Below, piece by piece: positions 60,454-64,000 of a stretch of DNA of 64,000 nt. Both the position numbers and the translations under genes were made by a program. The stretch comes from Candidatus Aenigmatarchaeota archaeon (lineage in GTDB: Archaea > Aenigmatarchaeota > Aenigmatarchaeia > GW2011-AR5), in the NCBI GenBank assembly GCA_016198685.1, contig JACQID010000006.1, positions 115,388 through 179,387 on the forward strand, read 5' to 3'. Below the pieces are notes generated by a model. It was not told where the DNA came from, made no database searches, and saw nothing but the letters and a program-made list of their open reading frames with translations. Within the stretch, counting starts at the first letter, position 1; each line of letters begins with the position of its first letter.

Positions 60454-61593
60454 ATGGAAAAGAACTATTTTACTTCCGAATCGGTAACCGAAGGCCACCC
60501 GGACAAGTTGTGTGACCAGGTATCCGACGCAATACTTGACGAAGCATTGCGACAGGATCCTGAGAGCAGGGTGGCCATAGAAACGGGCGCCAAGAACGGC
60601 GGTATAACGGTTTTCGGTGAAATGACTACGCGTGGTTACATAGACGTTTCTCGTGTAGCACGAGAAGTAATACGCAAAATCGGATATACCAAATCCGAAT
60701 ATGGCATAGAATGGGAAACCTGCTCAGTATGGACCCAGATAACTGAGCAGTCTCCAAACATTGCCCAGGGTGTTGACCAGAAGGAACAAGGCGCCGGGGA
60801 TCAGGGAATGATGTTTGGCTATGCATGCCGCGAGACAGATGAATTGATGCCTTTGCCGATAACGTTAGCGCATAAGTTAACCATGCGCCTTGCCGAAGCA
60901 AGGAAGAAGGGCGAGATATCATACTTAAGGCCTGACGGGAAGTCGCAGGTAACAATAGAATACGTTGACGGGCTTCCGAAAAGAGCCGATGCAATAGTAA
61001 TTTCAACGCAGCACGATGATGGAGTGCCGTATGAAAATATAAAGGCAGACATACTGGAGAAGGTCATAAAACCCGTTTGCGGAAAATGGATGGACAACAG
61101 CACAAAAATATTTATAAATCCTACAGGCAGTTTTGTTCGCGGCGGACCCTACGCTGATGCAGGCCTGACAGGCAGGAAAATAATAGTCGATACATACGGT
61201 GGCATGGGCCGACACGGAGGAGGCTGCTTCTCCGGAAAAGACCCTTCAAAAGTCGACAGGTCCGCGGCATATGCTGCCCGTTACGTGGCGAAGAATGTTG
61301 TCGCGGCAGGTCTTGCAGACAAGTGCGAAATCCAGATTGCTTATGCCATAGGAGTTGCCGAACCAGTTTCCGTCTTTGTTGACTGTTTCGGGACAGAAAA
61401 AATCAGCAAGGAAAAAATCTCGGAACTCGTTAGAAAGCATTTCCCCCTCAAACCGGCTCAAATAATATCTTCATTCGGCCTGAAAACCCCTATATACCTC
61501 AAAACCGCGGCTTATGGTCATTTTGGAAGGCCGGAATTCCCGTGGGAAAAAACAGACAAGGCCGAAATTCTTAGGAAAGAGACAGGCATTTAG
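60454..61593 (+). CDS. metK: S-adenosylmethionine synthetase, bacterial type
   Basis: [54 protein letters not shown]. Confidence 0.97.
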   Translation: MEKNYFTSESVTEGHPDKLCDQVSDAILDEALRQDPESRVAIETGAKNGGITVFGEMTTRGYIDVSRVAREVIRKIGYTKSEYGIEWETCSVWTQITEQSPNIAQGVDQKEQGAGDQGMMFGYACRETDELMPLPITLAHKLTMRLAEARKKGEISYLRPDGKSQVTIEYVDGLPKRADAIVISTQHDDGVPYENIKADILEKVIKPVCGKWMDNSTKIFINPTGSFVRGGPYADAGLTGRKIIVDTYGGMGRHGGGCFSGKDPSKVDRSAAYAARYVAKNVVAAGLADKCEIQIAYAIGVAEPVSVFVDCFGTEKISKEKISELVRKHFPLKPAQIISSFGLKTPIYLKTAAYGHFGRPEFPWEKTDKAEILRKETGI

Positions 61594-61642
61594 TCTTTGC
61601 CAATATTTAGCTATTTATATTGTCCTTGCTAAAGATGTACTT

Positions 61643-62101
61643 ATGAAAGGAATTACGCCTGTCATCTCCACAATATTGCTGCTCCTCATAACCGTTTCTC
61701 TTATTGGCGCCGTATACATGTTCTTTATAAGTCAGACAGAGTTGACGACAAAGGGCGTAGAAGAAGGGACGCAGAATACGCTTAACGCGCTTAACACCAA
61801 AATAAGAATCGTTTTCGTGGAGCCAGGTTCTTCTGGCGAACCCTTAAAAATATACGTCCGAAACACAGGTACAGTTACTATCAGGGACTCTGATACAACC
61901 GCTCCGTCACTTGACAGAATACTCACTGTCTTTGTCGACGGCGTGCCTAAAGACGGGAGCTGGCTAGATTCGAGTGGCAGTTCGGAGACCAACGAGATAA
62001 CCGTGGGAAGCACGGTGCTTTTCCAGACCGATGAAGACATAGATTCCTGCGAGGCAGTCAAGATAGATACGCCAGGGCAGTCCGCAGCAGCAACGTGCTG
62101 A
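61643..62101 (+). CDS. Archaeal type IV pilin/archaellin-like protein
   Basis: Class III signal MKG/ITPVISTILLLLITV; YVRNTG. Confidence 0.85.
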   Translation: MKGITPVISTILLLLITVSLIGAVYMFFISQTELTTKGVEEGTQNTLNALNTKIRIVFVEPGSSGEPLKIYVRNTGTVTIRDSDTTAPSLDRILTVFVDGVPKDGSWLDSSGSSETNEITVGSTVLFQTDEDIDSCEAVKIDTPGQSAAATC

Positions 62102-62920
62102 TCATTGCTGCAAGCTTTTCCAGATTTTTGATATACGAGTCTTGGCTTCTTCAATCTCTGCCGGATCGGCAGATGCAAATCTTCGTTGTATTGAGAAATA
62201 ATTTTCAACGGCAACTGAAGTGGGCAGGGAATTGATTTCCGTTTTGCCTGATGTTACCTCATAAAGCGGCCATGCTTTGCTTTCTACTGCAGTGCGAGCA
62301 ATTTCGACAGAGAGCGATGTGTCAAAACCCCATTTATCAGGGCAAGGTGTCAAAACTTCTATGTATTTTGTGCCTGAAAGAGACACGGCCTTTTTCATCT
62401 TTTTTATAAAGTCCGATGGATGTGAAATCGAAGCTGTTGCAGCATAATCTGCGTAACGGGAAATCACTCTTGCAAGGCTTTCTGAATAGATGCCTGTTGA
62501 TTGATTGTTATAGCAGACATAAATTATATTGCTCTTGGAACGCACCGCGTCCATGATGCTTTCAAGGTGTTCTGTTGTGGCTCCGTCGCCTGCATATACT
62601 ATGACAAGGTCAGAAGTGTTTTTTGATATTGCCCGGGCAACTGCAGCAGCGTTTCTACCTGCACCGACAAAAGGCACGGAAACATAAGAATTGGGATATT
62701 TGGCAAGAAGGGCTATCTCGCCCGATGAATGAACAACTATGCCCTTTCCTACTGCATGCAGGGCTATTTTTAATGCAAGAAGCTCGCCGCATCCTATGCA
62801 GCCGTGATTGCCGGTAATGAAAGTTTTGCCATTTTCCAAGATTTCCTTCAATATAGGATCTATAGAAACTTTTTCTTCCGCGACTTCCTCAATTTCCATA
62901 TCATCTTCCATACATATCAC
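62102..62920 (-). CDS. porB: 2-oxoacid:ferredoxin oxidoreductase beta subunit (divergent)
   Basis: C.GCG, GDG TPP motif, YNN, Y.ATAS, LTPCP..WG, WPLYE. Confidence 0.8.
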   Translation of the reverse strand: MICMEDDMEIEEVAEEKVSIDPILKEILENGKTFITGNHGCIGCGELLALKIALHAVGKGIVVHSSGEIALLAKYPNSYVSVPFVGAGRNAAAVARAISKNTSDLVIVYAGDGATTEHLESIMDAVRSKSNIIYVCYNNQSTGIYSESLARVISRYADYAATASISHPSDFIKKMKKAVSLSGTKYIEVLTPCPDKWGFDTSLSVEIARTAVESKAWPLYEVTSGKTEINSLPTSVAVENYFSIQRRFASADPAEIEEAKTRISKIWKSLQQ

Positions 62921-63348
62921 CCAAATTCCAAAAGACGTTCTAATAACTCTTGTTTCAGTTCTTTATATTTCTTAACAAGCTCAAGCACGCCCTCTTTGAG
63001 CTTGTCTTCCTGTCCTGATACAAAATACCATGTGGAATAATCCCCGAGCTTTTTTGGGAGCATGTAGCGTTTTATTCCCATGCCGCGTCTTGATGCAGTA
63101 AGGAATAGCTCGTTATGTTTGGGAAATTTATTCATCGAAGCTGCAGGCAGAGGACCGTTTTGTTTTATTTCGTCGACGAATGAATTAAGATTCCCCTCAT
63201 CGGGTTTGCGCAGGCCGTTGACCCAATGGTAGCACGCAGAATAGGAAACTCCGAGTTGCCTCGCTATATCTTTTATTGCAATGCCCTGACCTGCCAATAA
63301 GACCGCTTTTTCGTAAAGCGCCGGATAAGCTTGCCTTCCTTGTCTCAT
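62917..63348 (-). CDS. HTH-containing hypothetical protein
   Basis: IKDIARQLGVSYSACYHWV. Confidence 0.65.
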   Translation of the reverse strand: MRQGRQAYPALYEKAVLLAGQGIAIKDIARQLGVSYSACYHWVNGLRKPDEGNLNSFVDEIKQNGPLPAASMNKFPKHNELFLTASRRGMGIKRYMLPKKLGDYSTWYFVSGQEDKLKEGVLELVKKYKELKQELLERLLEFG

Positions 63349-63563
63349 TTTTTCCCTCTACTTCGCATAGCCAGAGTAACAAATACGACTATTATGCCGA
63401 ATAATACCACGGCAAGCGGCTCTCCGTACTCTTCCGTATGCCCGAAGAATTTCATGACAAGGTGAACTGCCATGCCGAACAATTCTGTTCCTTGTGCATA
63501 GAGCAGAAGGTAAATATTTATGAATACTATAAGAGCCACTGCCGCAAGCACATACTTCATCAT
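63345..63563 (-). CDS. Small two-TM membrane protein
   Basis: Two hydrophobic stretches; overlaps both neighbours by ATGA-type junctions. Confidence 0.55.
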   Translation of the reverse strand: MMKYVLAAVALIVFINIYLLLYAQGTELFGMAVHLVMKFFGHTEEYGEPLAVVLFGIIVVFVTLAMRSRGKK

Positions 63564-64000
63564 ATGACCCAATGAGTTTTCGCTTCTCCGGAAAGTCTGG
63601 CAAACATGTCTTCAAAGTCCTTTACCGAAGGCCTTTTCATGACAGTGAAATTCGCAGGAGTAGCAGCTTCCCTCTGCAGGGGCGTTTTGCCTCCTAGCGG
63701 AGCAGAAAAGTCAACTGTAGCCGAGAATTTTGCCTTTGACAATATTTGACTGAGTTCGCTGTACGGGAACGGCCTGAACATGACGATTCTTGCTATTCCT
63801 GCCTTAAGGCCACGCTCTCTTGCCTTGTCGGCGGCTTTTTTAGCCGTGGCAGAGTGTGAACCCATTGTGACTAATATCAAATCAGCGTCTTCGGTTCTGT
63901 AGGTATCTATCATGCTGTAAGGTCTTCTGAATTTGGCATTCCATGTTTCAGAAGCTGATTTGTATACAGTAGCTGCGTTTTCCATTGCCTTGAAATGCTG
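63560..64000 (-). CDS. porA: 2-oxoacid:ferredoxin oxidoreductase alpha subunit, C-terminal part (truncated by the window)
   Basis: YRTEDAD..LVTMGS...AK.A.D..R..G.K.G..R...FRPFP. Confidence 0.8.
   Translation of the reverse strand, partial: QHFKAMENAATVYKSASETWNAKFRRPYSMIDTYRTEDADLILVTMGSHSATAKKAADKARERGLKAGIARIVMFRPFPYSELSQILSKAKFSATVDFSAPLGGKTPLQREAATPANFTVMKRPSVKDFEDMFARLSGEAKTHWVI

Noticed and set aside
1-64000. tRNA/rRNA genes, transposases, integrases
   Set aside because: None recognised; intergenic gaps are short and no cloverleaf or transposase motifs were seen

Overview
Archaeal chromosomal segment. A small-genome DPANN-type host is inferred from leaderless/TATA-BRE promoters, GGTGA-type SD motifs, RadB, Cdc48, PolB, an archaeal pilin and a bacterial-type MetK. 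Layout: (1) 1-13.9 kb, surface-glycan cluster with glycosyltransferases, a NodU-type carbamoyltransferase, CDP-sugar enzymes, UDP-glucose dehydrogenase and an ADP-heptose module whose kinase is fused to GmhA. (2) 14-18.7 kb, RNA-processing and other genes (rtcA, beta-CASP nuclease). (3) 18.8-31.6 kb, complete type I-B CRISPR-Cas locus: cas6-cas8b(+internal cas11)-cas7-cas5-cas3-[abiEi-abiEii]-cas4-cas1-cas2, leader, and 20 repeats/19 spacers. An intact AbiE toxin-antitoxin pair with twin palindromic operators sits between the interference and adaptation modules. (4) 31.6-64 kb, housekeeping genes (tyrS, serS, topA, pyrB/F/E/D/C, radB, cdc48, map, polB, lhr, metK, por). Most notable: a serB-like gene next to serS split by a +1 frameshift at a prfB-like GGTGAG-TGC-CTT-TCT(Ser) site; the AbiE module coupled to cas4; an HTH-CBS regulator divergent from metK with an inverted repeat; and a 36/37-bp direct duplication flanking a 37-bp insert at the pyrD-pyrC junction. 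All calls come from motif recognition only; no database searches were run.
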